A DNA stretch of 64,000 nt from Planctomycetota bacterium (GTDB lineage: Bacteria > Planctomycetota > UBA1135 > UBA2386), in contig JBKAGP010000001.1 in the NCBI GenBank assembly GCA_046290465.1, positions 5,344,001 through 5,408,000 on the forward strand, given 5' to 3'. This document shows, one piece after another, positions 9,024-21,515 of the stretch; within the stretch, counting starts at the first letter, position 1; every line of letters begins with the position of its first letter. The notes beneath the pieces were generated by a model. That model saw only the letters and a program-made list of their open reading frames with translations, ran no database searches and was not told the origin of the DNA. The translations under genes and the position numbers were made by a program.

Positions 9024-11165
9024 CTACGACATCCGCCAGGCGTTCCAGAACGACAGCAGGCGGTTCTGCAGCCAGCCACCGAGCAGCTGCACGCGCGCCG
9101 GCAGCAGCACCCGCGCGGTCAGGCCCGAGCCGCGCGCGTCGAGCGGCACCGAGTCGACCTCGAGCATCACGTGCAGGTACGGCCGGTCGGCCGCCAGCAG
9201 CTCGCCGCTGGTCCGGGTCACGTAGAGGTCGCCGCCGCCGAGCATCGTCAGGGCCGGCGGCACCTCGAAGCGCGACGCCGACGCGCGGATCTCGCGCACC
9301 ACCGCGCGCACCGAACGGGTCGGATCGCAGCTCCAGCGCACCTCGGCCTCGCTGTCGACCTCGAGCCGCGCGCGCGACACATCTTCTTCGGTCAGCACCA
9401 TGCGCAGGTAGCGGTGGCCGCTGTGCACCTGGAACAGCTCCTCGCCCTGTTGCACGAACCGTCCCGGCAGACGGTCGTGCAGCGGGCTCGCGATGGTGCC
9501 GTCGGCGTCGGCGCTGAGGCTCAGCGAGTACTGCCGCGCCTCGAGCTCCTTGACGCTGGCGGTCAGGTACGAGATGCGCGCCTGGTGGATCGCCGCCTGG
9601 GTCGGATCGTCGAGCTCGATCGCGTCGAGGCCTTCGCGTTCGGCGTCGAGCTCGCCGACCAGGCGCTGGCGCCGCATCTCGAGTTCGGGGTTGTGCAACA
9701 CCGCCAGCTGGTCGCCGGCTTCGACGACGTCGCCGTTGTGCACCTCGAGCTGCTGCACGAAGCCGCCGGTCGGTGCGCGCACCGACTGCCGTTGCTGCGG
9801 GTCGAGCACACCCGGCGCGACGATGCTCCACGAGATCGGCACCATGCCGCCGAGCAGCGGCAGTAGCGTCAGCGTCGCCAGCGCGACCAGCCGCGCGCGG
9901 GTGCGGTAGTCGGCGGTGGCCTTGCCGTTCCACAGGTGGATGGTCAGCGCCAGCACCGGCTTCGCGATCAGCGCCCACGCGAACACCACGCCGAGGAACA
10001 TGCCGGCCGCCGGCCACTGGGTCATCATCAAGCCGGTCAGCAAGAACGCGAGGGTGACGCGGTAGACGAACGCGGCGGGGCCGTAGATGCCGTAGAGCAG
10101 CCGTTCGGACGCTGCGTAGCCGTCGGGTGCGCGCGCCTTGCCGAGCGCCACGCGGTTGGCCCAGCCGTTGAGGAACGACTGCGCGCGCTGCTGCAGGTTG
10201 AACACGCCGACCAGGTCGCTGAACAGGAAGTAGCCGTCGTACTTCATCAGCGGGTTGACGTTGAACAGGATCGTCACGACGCTCGCCAACGCGATCACGT
10301 TGAAGGCCAGGTCGTGCACGAAGCCCTCGGTCGTGCCGGCCCAGACCAAGGCCGCGATCGCCGCGACGAAGGTCTCGAAGTACATGCCGCCGAGCGCGAC
10401 GACCGCGCGCTGCCGGGCGCCGGGCAGCTTCCACGAGGCGCCGGCGTCGACGTACGCGCACGGCGTCATCATGATCATCTGCACGCCCATCTCCGGCACC
10501 GACGCGCCGAACCGCTTGGCGGCGTAGGCGTGGCCGAACTCGTGCAGCACCTTCAGGCCGATCAGCGCGAGCCACAGCACCGGCAGGTTGGCGAGGGCCA
10601 GCAGGTTGCCGGTCTCGGCGAACATCTCGTCGAACCGGCCGAGGCACTTCCAGCCGACCAGCCCGAGCAGCGACAGCCACAGCAGCAGGCCGGGCCAGCC
10701 GAACAGCCAGCCGGTGTAGCGCAGCGTGCGATCGAGGAACGCGTCCGGGTTGCCGACCGGGATGCGGTGGCTCATCAGCATGCGGTACCACGGCCCGCTG
10801 CCGCGCGCCTGCTTCTCCAGCATGCGCTGGTAGGTCTGGTCGCCGCCGCTGATCGGCAGGTGCAGCAGGCCGATGCCGTGCAGCCACAGCACGAACTTGT
10901 AGAAGCCCTGGCGATCGTCGTCGTCGTCGTCGAGCACGTCGTCGCGGACCAGCTGCGCGTAGCACTCCCCGAGCGTGCGGTGGCGGACGATCGCGGTCAG
11001 CACGCGGTAGTCGGCGCCCCGGAACGCGTGGTTCTGGAAGCTGACCGGGTCGTGCACGACGTAGCGCACGCCGCCGCGGGTCTGCTGGCGCGTGAAGTGC
11101 AGGTCGCTGCGCAGGCCGACCCGGAGCGGGCCCAGCACGCGTTCGGTTCTGCTGGTGTCCGTCAT
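9024..11165 (-). CDS. PqqD/RRE-like domain + M50 (site-2) metallopeptidase + HlyD-type membrane fusion domain fusion
   Basis: HEFGH (10530-10544), NVNPLMKYDG, several TM helices, lipoyl-like VRAPTGGFVQQLEVHNGDVVEAGDQL and a coiled coil. ATG is 2 bp after the upstream stop. Confidence 0.88.
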   Translation of the reverse strand: MTDTSRTERVLGPLRVGLRSDLHFTRQQTRGGVRYVVHDPVSFQNHAFRGADYRVLTAIVRHRTLGECYAQLVRDDVLDDDDDDRQGFYKFVLWLHGIGLLHLPISGGDQTYQRMLEKQARGSGPWYRMLMSHRIPVGNPDAFLDRTLRYTGWLFGWPGLLLWLSLLGLVGWKCLGRFDEMFAETGNLLALANLPVLWLALIGLKVLHEFGHAYAAKRFGASVPEMGVQMIMMTPCAYVDAGASWKLPGARQRAVVALGGMYFETFVAAIAALVWAGTTEGFVHDLAFNVIALASVVTILFNVNPLMKYDGYFLFSDLVGVFNLQQRAQSFLNGWANRVALGKARAPDGYAASERLLYGIYGPAAFVYRVTLAFLLTGLMMTQWPAAGMFLGVVFAWALIAKPVLALTIHLWNGKATADYRTRARLVALATLTLLPLLGGMVPISWSIVAPGVLDPQQRQSVRAPTGGFVQQLEVHNGDVVEAGDQLAVLHNPELEMRRQRLVGELDAEREGLDAIELDDPTQAAIHQARISYLTASVKELEARQYSLSLSADADGTIASPLHDRLPGRFVQQGEELFQVHSGHRYLRMVLTEEDVSRARLEVDSEAEVRWSCDPTRSVRAVVREIRASASRFEVPPALTMLGGGDLYVTRTSGELLAADRPYLHVMLEVDSVPLDARGSGLTARVLLPARVQLLGGWLQNRLLSFWNAWRMS

Positions 11166-11167
11166 CG

Positions 11168-13036
11168 CTACAGCCAGAAGTTCAGGTGCAGCCAGTCGGT
11201 GATGCGGTGCGTCAGCACCCACCAGGCGCTGCGCGAGCCGGCGTCGATGCGCGCGGTGCCCTCCATGCCGGGCGGCAGCAGGCCGAGGTCGATCTCGACG
11301 TCGGCCTCGCCGAGGAACACGTTCTGTTCGTCGACGATCGTGCTCGACGGCGCGATCGCCAGGTTGTCGAGCTGGTAGCCGCGGTCGGGTTCGGCCGCCG
11401 GCGCGAACTCGGCGCGCACGCACTCGTTGGCGGCGAGCACCATGCGCTCGGGAATGCGCAGCTCGATCGACGCGCGGTCGTAGCGGGCCAGTTCGAACAG
11501 CGGCACGCCGAGTTCGAGGCGGCTGCCGAGGCGTTCGCGCAGGTCGCCGTCGAGGATCAGGCCGTCGTGCGGTGCGCGGATCTGCGCCTGGGCGATGCTG
11601 GCGTCGACGATCGCCAGCTGCGCTTCGAGGCTGCGCTTCTTGGCTTCGTTGACGCGCACCTGGCCGGCCTCCCGTTCGCCGACCGCCTGATCGATCAGCG
11701 CCGCCAGCGACTCGATCTCGGCGTTCAGCTCGGCGCGCTGCAGGAAGTCGTCGCTGGCGTCGATCGCGGCCAGCAGCTGGCCCTCCTGCACGCGGTCGCC
11801 CGGCCGCACGAACAGCTCGGCGAGCACGCCGGCGCGCGGGCAGGCGATCGTGCGCCGGTCGGTCGCCTTGACGGTGCACGGCACCGTGAACGTGTGGTGC
11901 AACGTGCCGAACGCGAGCCATCCGGCGAGCCCGAGCACGGCCGCGATCAGCGTCAGCGCGCGGGCCGGGCCGCGCGCGAACAGGCGCCGCACGTTTTGTC
12001 GCACCAGGTCGAGGGCGTGCTGCCGCAGGCTGCGGTTGGCGGTCAGCGACAGCGGCACCAGCGCGGCGTAGCCCGACAGCTCCTCCTGCATCAGCACGAC
12101 CTGGTCGCGCGTCAGCCGGGTGCCACCGCCCTGGCTCATCGAGACCACCGCGACGATGCGGTCCGTGAACCGCAGCGGCAGCGATGCGACCGCGTTGCCC
12201 TGGTGGCGCTGGCTCCACTGCGCGTGCAGCCGGCAGTCGTCCTCGTCCTCGCCCTCGCCCTCGCTGTCGCGGCCGCGGCAGACGATCGGTTCGCCGCGGT
12301 CGACGCATTCCTCCATCGCCGAACGGATCGCCAGCACGCCCGGGTTGGACGGCCGCACGTGGTCGACGCCGCTGATCGCGGCGACCTGCACGGCGCCGCG
12401 CTGCACGAAGCCGACGGCCGCCATCTCCAGGCCGTAGCGCGATCCGAGGTCGCCGAGAATCGCGTGCGCCAGGCGCATCGGGTGCTCGGCCTCCTCGGAC
12501 GGCCGCATCTCGCGCCGTTCGGCGCTGCGGCGGATGCTCGAGCCGCCCTGGTCGAACAGCAGCGAGACGTAGCCGAGGATGCCCTCGAGCTGCGCCATGA
12601 TCTGCAGGATGTGGGCGCGGTCGCACGGCGGCAGCACCAGCGCCGCACCGCCGGACGGCTCGGCGCCCTGGTCGTACATGACGACCGTCAGCAGCAGCAG
12701 CGCGTTGCCACCGGGCTTGAGCCGGACACAGCGCGCCTCCTCGCTGGAGACCGACTCCCACAGCGCCTGGTTGATGCGGTCGCGGTCGTCGGTGTCGATC
12801 TGGTCGTCGTCGCCGCTCCACTCCTCGGACAACACGTGCATGCCGAGGCGGGTGTGCACGACCGCGTAGAGGGCGCCGAGGCGCCGGCAGATGCGTTGCA
12901 GGGTCTCGGCCAGCGCGCGGTTGCCGGGGCGGTTGGCGAACAGCTCACGCAGTTCGCACTGCAGCGCGGTCAGGCTGGTCGCCGCGGCCGTCTTCTCGCT
13001 GGTCGCGACCTGGGTGTTGTCGTCGGGGGTGTGCAA
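11168..13036 (-). CDS. GAF-domain-containing HlyD/efflux periplasmic adaptor protein
   Basis: N-terminal GAF-like region (AMEECVD...VASLPLR..IVAVV), one TM, IACPRAGVLAELFVRPGDRVQEGQLL, coiled coil, IRAPHDG. TTG start with GAGG SD. Confidence 0.85.
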   Translation of the reverse strand: MHTPDDNTQVATSEKTAAATSLTALQCELRELFANRPGNRALAETLQRICRRLGALYAVVHTRLGMHVLSEEWSGDDDQIDTDDRDRINQALWESVSSEEARCVRLKPGGNALLLLTVVMYDQGAEPSGGAALVLPPCDRAHILQIMAQLEGILGYVSLLFDQGGSSIRRSAERREMRPSEEAEHPMRLAHAILGDLGSRYGLEMAAVGFVQRGAVQVAAISGVDHVRPSNPGVLAIRSAMEECVDRGEPIVCRGRDSEGEGEDEDDCRLHAQWSQRHQGNAVASLPLRFTDRIVAVVSMSQGGGTRLTRDQVVLMQEELSGYAALVPLSLTANRSLRQHALDLVRQNVRRLFARGPARALTLIAAVLGLAGWLAFGTLHHTFTVPCTVKATDRRTIACPRAGVLAELFVRPGDRVQEGQLLAAIDASDDFLQRAELNAEIESLAALIDQAVGEREAGQVRVNEAKKRSLEAQLAIVDASIAQAQIRAPHDGLILDGDLRERLGSRLELGVPLFELARYDRASIELRIPERMVLAANECVRAEFAPAAEPDRGYQLDNLAIAPSSTIVDEQNVFLGEADVEIDLGLLPPGMEGTARIDAGSRSAWWVLTHRITDWLHLNFWL

Positions 13037-13050
13037 CCGTTCCTCGGGTC

Positions 13051-13434
13051 TCAGCTCAGGTCGACGGGGTGGGCGAAGCGGAACCGCAGCTCGAACGACG
13101 TGTCGCTCAGCATCGTGCAGCGTTCGCAGACGGCCAGCGCCGGCGGCAGGTCGGTTGTGGCGCGGTCGAAGCGCAGCTGGAACACGCTGCCGACCATCAC
13201 CGGCTTCGGTGCGATGCCGGACAGGCCCTGGTCGCCGGTGTCGCCGGCCTGCAGCTCGGTCTCGGCGCCGTCTCGGTCGCAGGCGTTGGCCGCGTGCACC
13301 TCGACGCGCATCGGCCTGCCCGGCGCCTTGGCCTCGCGCAGTTCGGCGACGTTGGTCGTGCAGCGGACCTCGAGGTCGTCCAGCAGCGCGTCCTGGGTGT
13401 CGTTCATCTCCGGGTGGTTGTCGAACTGGTGCAT
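13051..13434 (-). CDS. PilZ-like small protein with degenerate motifs
   Basis: 127 aa; GDTGDQGL and a beta pattern ending CERC...FELRFRF resemble a PilZ barrel. SD GAGG; packed in the operon. Confidence 0.6.
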   Translation of the reverse strand: MHQFDNHPEMNDTQDALLDDLEVRCTTNVAELREAKAPGRPMRVEVHAANACDRDGAETELQAGDTGDQGLSGIAPKPVMVGSVFQLRFDRATTDLPPALAVCERCTMLSDTSFELRFRFAHPVDLS

Positions 13435-13442
13435 GGCGTTCC

Positions 13443-14297
13443 TCACTTGCCGGACGGCGCGCTCGGGTCGTAGGCCGGGGCCGGCTCGATCAGCATCTTG
13501 AGCCCGGTCTTCCAGTCGTGGTCGGGGTTGGCGATCGACGCGCGCACCATGAAGCTGTGGCTCGACGCGTTGGCCTTGGGCGACAAGAACGTCACTGTCG
13601 CGATGCGGGTGTCGGTCGGTCGACGCGCCGGCGCGACCAGCACCCGGGTGCCGACGCGGAACTCCTGCTGCTGCTGGATCGGGCACTCGAACTCGATCCA
13701 CAGCGGGTCGAGGCACATCACCTCGACGACCGGCACGAACTTCTCGACCGCTTCGCCGGCCTGCTTGTAGCGCGCGGTCACGACGCCGGCGAACGGGCTG
13801 TGCACGCTGCGCTGCGCCAGCCGTTCCTCGGCCTGCGCCAGCTGGTTGTGCGACTGCTTCTTGTCGAGCGTGGCCTGCTCGAGCGCCAGTTCGGCGAGCG
13901 CCAGCTCGTGCTCGTACTTCTGCACGTCGTGCTCGCTGCGGATGTCCTTCTCGAGCAGGTCGCGCATGCGTGCCGCCTGCTGCTGGCAGTGCTGCAGGCT
14001 GACACGGGCGCGCCGTTCGAACAGGTCCGAGTCGGCGAGGCGCCGCAGCCGCTCGACCTCGAGCTGCTCGAGCGTCGCGTTGAGGCGGAAGACGACGGTC
14101 TCTTCGGTCACCTTGTCGCCGGCCTGCACCGCCAGTTCGACCAGCTTGCCGGCCTGCTCGGGGGAGACCAGCGCGACCTTGCTCGGCACGGTGATGCCGA
14201 CCAGCGAACCCGGTGGCGCCACCTCGCGGCGGGAGCCCGATGCGCTGGCGAACACGGTCGCCAGGCCGAGCGCAGGGAGCAGCAGTTTGCAGGACAT
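13443..14297 (-). CDS. efflux RND/T1SS periplasmic adaptor subunit (membrane fusion protein)
   Basis: Signal or anchor, SPEQAGKLVELAVQAGDKV, coiled coil, VHSPFAGVV, C-terminal WKTGLK. Confidence 0.88.
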   Translation of the reverse strand: MSCKLLLPALGLATVFASASGSRREVAPPGSLVGITVPSKVALVSPEQAGKLVELAVQAGDKVTEETVVFRLNATLEQLEVERLRRLADSDLFERRARVSLQHCQQQAARMRDLLEKDIRSEHDVQKYEHELALAELALEQATLDKKQSHNQLAQAEERLAQRSVHSPFAGVVTARYKQAGEAVEKFVPVVEVMCLDPLWIEFECPIQQQQEFRVGTRVLVAPARRPTDTRIATVTFLSPKANASSHSFMVRASIANPDHDWKTGLKMLIEPAPAYDPSAPSGK

Positions 14298-14376
14298 CGT
14301 GCCAGGTCATCGGACTTGGGGGTGTCCCTGGTGCAGGGGAACGCCGCGCGCGCCGCCAGGCCCGATGGCACCGGCG

Positions 14377-17300
14377 CTACGAGTCGCGCTTCCTGCGGCC
14401 GGTCTGCGCGCCGAAGAACGCGAGCAGCGCCCCCCAGATGCGGCCGACGCCGCGCGCGCCCTGCTCCTCGTCGGTGTTGGCCCGTTCCTGCTGCGACTCG
14501 ACGTGCTCGTCGATCGACAGCGAGCGGCTGGTCATGCCGACCGGCTCGACCTGCACGGTGACCTCCTGCACGACGCGTTCGCCGCCGCTCCAGACCTCGA
14601 CCTCGAACACCAGCTCCTCTTCGACGAACAGCTCCGGGGTGCGGATCCGCAGCATGCCGTCGGCGCCGGACGCGTCGAGGTCGACCGGCGTGCCGGAGAC
14701 CTGGGTCCAGCGCGCGTCGGCCAGCTCGGCCGCGGTCGCCTCGGCCGCCGCGCGGGCGGTCAGCTCGATCGCGTCGCCGGCCTCGACCAGGACCAGGTCC
14801 GGCAGCTCGATGCGCGTGCCGGCGGCGGTTGCCGCCGCCGCGGGTTCCTCGAGCAGGTTGGCGTAGTAGCTGTCGAGCCCGGCCTCGGACGCGTCGCCGG
14901 TCAGGTTGGAGGACCGCAGCTCCTCGTCGCCCGCGGCCGTGTTGTCGCCGGCGTCGTCGCTGGTCGCGCCGGCGTCGGCGTCGAGCGTGACGCTGGCCAG
15001 GAGGCCGGGGGAACCGTCGTCGTCGCTGCGGTCGTCGAGGTCCAGCGAATTGCCGGCAGCGGTCGCGAGCATGTCGTCGAGCCGGTTGCTCGCGCTCGAC
15101 TGGATCGCCTCGCGGATGCGGTCGGCGGCCTCGTCGCGTTCGCTCGTTGCGGCATCGACGGTGTCGCCGCCCGAGGCATCGTCGGTGGTGGTCGGCGCGG
15201 GCTGCGGCGCCGGCGTCGCGGCGCTGGCGGTGGCCGCCTGCACCTGCACGTTGACGACCTGAATCGTCGCCCGGTCGCCGTCGAACACCTCGACCTGGAA
15301 CGTCAGCGTCGTGTCGACGTCGACCTCCGGCGCCTGGAAGCGCAGCTGCGGCTGGTCGTTGGCCGGCATGCGCGCGGTCGGGCCGCCGACCTGCGTCCAG
15401 CGGAACCGCAGCGGGTCGCCGTCCGGATCGGCCGCGTTGGCCTGGATCACGCCCGGCGCGCCGGAGGCGAGGTCGGGCACGCCGTCGATCGTCACCTGCG
15501 GGCCGACGTTGGGCGCGACCACGACCGTCACGGTGTCGAACGCCTGGTTGGTGCCGTCGTCGACCCCGGCCACGAACGTCAACACGGTGCCCTCGGGCAG
15601 GTCGGGCGCGGTGAACGTCGGCGCGCCGCTGTCGCCGTCCTGCAGGTCGACCGACGGCCCGCCGATCTGGCGCCATTGGTAGCTGAGCGTGCCGTTCTCC
15701 GGGTCGCTGGCGCGGGCCCGGAGCTGCACGTCCTGGTTGCGTCGCACCACCTGGTCGTCGCCGGCGTCGATGCGCGGCGCGTCGTCGTCGGCCTGGATGC
15801 CGAACGTGACCAGATCGGTCGAGCTGTTGACGCCGTCGCTGACGGTCAGTTCGAACTGCACGATCGTATTGCGCATCGACTCCGGCGCGCGGAAGCGCGT
15901 GGTCGCGCTGTCGGCGTCTTCGAGCTGCACCGTCGGCCCCTGCACCTGACGCCACGAGTAGGTCAGCCCCTGGCCCTCGGGGTCGGTGCCCGAGCCGCGC
16001 AGCACGACGACGTCGCCCTCTTCGACGGTCGCGTTGCTGCCGGCGTCGGCGGTCGGGGCGTCGTCGTCGCCGCCGACGGTGATCTCGACGGTGTCGACGC
16101 TCGACACGTTGGTGCCGTCGGAGACCGTCAGCTCGAACGTCAGGCTGCTGCTCGAGGTCGTTTCGGGCGCCGTGAACGTCGGCTGGGCGGCGTTGGCGTC
16201 GCTGAGCGTGACGGTCGGCCCGCCGGTCTGCACCCACGTGTAGGTCAGCCCCTGGCCTTCGGGATCGCTGCTGCCGAGCCCGTTCAGCGTGACGACGTCG
16301 CCCTCGTCGACGCTCTGGTCGGCGCCCGCGTGCGAGCTCGGCGCGTCGTTGTCGGCGTTGACCGTGACGGTCACGGTGTCGACGCTCGAGACGTTGGTGC
16401 CGTCGCTGACGGTCAGCTCGAACCCGACGCTGGTGTTGCTGATCCCTTCGGGCGCCGTGAAGGTCGGCTGCGCCGCGTTGGCGTCGTCGAGGGTCACGGT
16501 CGGACCGCTGACCTGCGTCCACGTGTAGGTCAGGCTCTGGCCCTCGGGGTCCGTGCTGCCCAGCCCCGTCAACGTGACGACGTCGCCCTCGTCGACGATC
16601 TGGTCGGTGCCGGCGTCGGCGGTCGGGGCGTCGTCGTCGGCGTTGACGGTGACGACGACCCGGTCGGTGGTGAAGTTCTCGCCGTCGCTGACGGTCAGCT
16701 CGAACTCGAGCGACGAGTTGACCAGGCCTTCGGGCGCTGCGAACGTCGGCGCCGACGTGGTCGCGTCGTTGAGCGTGACGCTCGGGCCGCTGACCTGGGT
16801 CCAGTAGTACTTCAGCTCGTCGCCGTCGGCGTCGAAGCTGGCGCCGCCGTCGAGCGTGACCTCGGTGCCCTCGGAGACCACCTGGTTGGCGCCGGCGTCG
16901 GCGACCGGCGCGCTGCCGGTGTCGCTGTCAGCCACGGCAGCGGCCGCCATGTCGCTGAATTGGATCGACGCGATGCCGGTGTAGTTGATGACGAAGGACG
17001 TATCCTTGTCGATGCTGACCGTGATCGTCTTGCCGCTGATCACGGCGTCGGTCGAGGCGTAATTGGACAGGTCGATCGTGTCGGTGCCGCGGTTGCCGGC
17101 GACGGTGTACTCGGCGCCGGCCTGCGGGTTGGAGAACACGAACGTGTCGTCGCCGGCGCTGCCCTCGACGCGCTCGAAGCCCAGGATCGTGTCGGTCCCG
17201 GCGGCGCCGGTGTCCTGGGGGTTGCCGTCGGTCAGGTCGACCGTGACCCCGCCGTCGAAGCCCACGTAGCTGAGCGTGTCTGTGCCCGCGCCACCGTCGA

Positions 17301-17739
17301 GGCGGTCGTCGCCGGCGCTCGCGTAGACCATGTCGTCCCCGCCCCCGGCGTCGATGAGGTCGTCGCCGCCGCTGCCGACGATCGTGTCGGCATTGTCGGA
17401 GCCGGTCACGCCTTCGATGTTCTGCAGGGTGTCGCGGCCCGCCGAGCCCGTAACCGTGCCGGCCCCGAGGTCGACCAGTACCGTGCCGCCAGCGCTGGAG
17501 TAGTCGACGATGTCGATCCCGTCGCCGCCGTCGAGCACGTCGTTGCCGTCGGCGCCGACCAGCACGTCGTTGCCGCCGAGGCCGGCAAGGTTGTCGTGTC
17601 CGTCGGTGCCGGTCACCGTCTCGTCGCCGTCGGTGCCGGTGATCCACGTCGCCGACAGCAGGATGCGCGGCTCGACGGTCTCTCCGCCGAGCGTCGGCTT
17701 GTCGTTCTTCTTTGGCGTCTGGTCGTCTTGCTTCGTCAC
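14377..17739 (-). CDS. large LEPRxLL-leader, RTX Ca-binding and PKD/Ig repeat surface protein (putative adhesin, 1120 aa)
   Basis: GTG 17739 with GAGG SD; ETVEPRILLSA; GGxGxD repeats; six PKD-like repeats plus one degenerate; acidic linker; short hydrophobic plus basic C-terminal tail. Confidence 0.88.
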   Translation of the reverse strand: MTKQDDQTPKKNDKPTLGGETVEPRILLSATWITGTDGDETVTGTDGHDNLAGLGGNDVLVGADGNDVLDGGDGIDIVDYSSAGGTVLVDLGAGTVTGSAGRDTLQNIEGVTGSDNADTIVGSGGDDLIDAGGGDDMVYASAGDDRLDGGAGTDTLSYVGFDGGVTVDLTDGNPQDTGAAGTDTILGFERVEGSAGDDTFVFSNPQAGAEYTVAGNRGTDTIDLSNYASTDAVISGKTITVSIDKDTSFVINYTGIASIQFSDMAAAAVADSDTGSAPVADAGANQVVSEGTEVTLDGGASFDADGDELKYYWTQVSGPSVTLNDATTSAPTFAAPEGLVNSSLEFELTVSDGENFTTDRVVVTVNADDDAPTADAGTDQIVDEGDVVTLTGLGSTDPEGQSLTYTWTQVSGPTVTLDDANAAQPTFTAPEGISNTSVGFELTVSDGTNVSSVDTVTVTVNADNDAPSSHAGADQSVDEGDVVTLNGLGSSDPEGQGLTYTWVQTGGPTVTLSDANAAQPTFTAPETTSSSSLTFELTVSDGTNVSSVDTVEITVGGDDDAPTADAGSNATVEEGDVVVLRGSGTDPEGQGLTYSWRQVQGPTVQLEDADSATTRFRAPESMRNTIVQFELTVSDGVNSSTDLVTFGIQADDDAPRIDAGDDQVVRRNQDVQLRARASDPENGTLSYQWRQIGGPSVDLQDGDSGAPTFTAPDLPEGTVLTFVAGVDDGTNQAFDTVTVVVAPNVGPQVTIDGVPDLASGAPGVIQANAADPDGDPLRFRWTQVGGPTARMPANDQPQLRFQAPEVDVDTTLTFQVEVFDGDRATIQVVNVQVQAATASAATPAPQPAPTTTDDASGGDTVDAATSERDEAADRIREAIQSSASNRLDDMLATAAGNSLDLDDRSDDDGSPGLLASVTLDADAGATSDDAGDNTAAGDEELRSSNLTGDASEAGLDSYYANLLEEPAAAATAAGTRIELPDLVLVEAGDAIELTARAAAEATAAELADARWTQVSGTPVDLDASGADGMLRIRTPELFVEEELVFEVEVWSGGERVVQEVTVQVEPVGMTSRSLSIDEHVESQQERANTDEEQGARGVGRIWGALLAFFGAQTGRRKRDS
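15240..16912 (-). repeat. six tandem ~95-aa PKD/K319-like domain repeats within the adhesin (approximate bounds)
   Basis: Recurring APxADAGxDQxVxEG..DPEGxxLTYxWxQxxGPxVxL...FELTVSDG. DNA-level similarity is visible around 16087 and 16373. Confidence 0.85.
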
Positions 17740-17753
17740 GGTCGGTCCTCGGT

Positions 17754-20458
<2,705 letters not shown>

Positions 20459-20462
<4 letters not shown>

Positions 20463-21436
20463 CGCCTGGCCCTCCGTCGCTGCAGCTCCGGCAGCGCCGA
20501 GCCGAGGCTGCGCGACAGCGGCGCCAGCGCGCTCTCGGCGCACGGTTCGCTCAGCGGTCGGCCCTGCAGCTGGTTGCAGGCCTTGCGCAGGGCGACGTCA
20601 CGGTGTTCGCGCACCGGTCGCAGCGACTGGATACGCAGGTTGCGGTCCAAGGCCCAGCGCAGCGCGTGGCGTTCGATGTCGCGGGTGCCCTCGGTCCAGG
20701 CGACGCAGCCGAGGAACGTGTTGCCGCTGTCGTAGGCGTACAGCACCCTGGTCTGCAGCGTCTGGTGCACGCCGCCGCGATCGAGTTCGACCGGCGCGGT
20801 GCGGCTGGTGAAGCGGGCCGCGGCCGGGAACAGGTCGAAGCCGGTGGCCCGGTCGTGCAGCTTCTCGATGTCGTCGCGCCAGACGGTGTCGAGCACCGCC
20901 AGCGTCTTGGCGGCCGAGCGCAGGGTCGTGCGTTCGAGCGCGCCGAGGTCGGCCTTGCGCGGCTCGCCGCGGTGGCGGGCCAGCAGCTTGACGAGGTCCT
21001 GGAAGTCGGCGCTGGTGAGGTCGTCCGCGAACCGGCCGCGCTCGAGCGACTTGATGTTGCGGTTGCGGCCGCGCAGGTAGCGGAAGCCGACGATCCGGCG
21101 GTCGAGCGTGACGTGCCAGGCGACCTCGGTCAGGCCCCAGTCGGCCTCCTCGGTGCGGCGGTAGACCAGGCCGACCGGGCGGCGGCCGCGGAACGCGACC
21201 AGCAGCGTGTGCTCGCCGAGTTCGTCGAAGTGCACCTTGAACGGCAGCAGCCGCTCGATGCGCGCGCGCGCCTCGAGGCCGACGTCGCGCTCGATGCAGC
21301 GGTAGGCGTCGGCCTCGGGGAACGCGCGGAACACGATGCGTTGCATCTGCTCGCGCTCGCGCTTGCTCTGGGCGGGCAGCGCGGTCGCGGTCGCCACCAG
21401 CGCGGCCGTGGCGGCGGCCGCGAGCGTGCGGGCCAT
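20459..21436 (-). CDS. secreted protein with two tandem FMN_bind/RnfG-like domains lacking a flavinylation motif
   Basis: Signal peptide LPA|Q; internal duplication FRAFPEADAY / FDLFPAAARF. Fold assignment is by eye and tentative. Confidence 0.55.
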
Positions 21437-21515
21437 CTGACGAGTGAACGAAACCAAGGTATTTCCCTGGCTTCGAATCGGTTTGTGGCCGGAGCAGGTT
21501 TAGCCGGCCCGGGCG

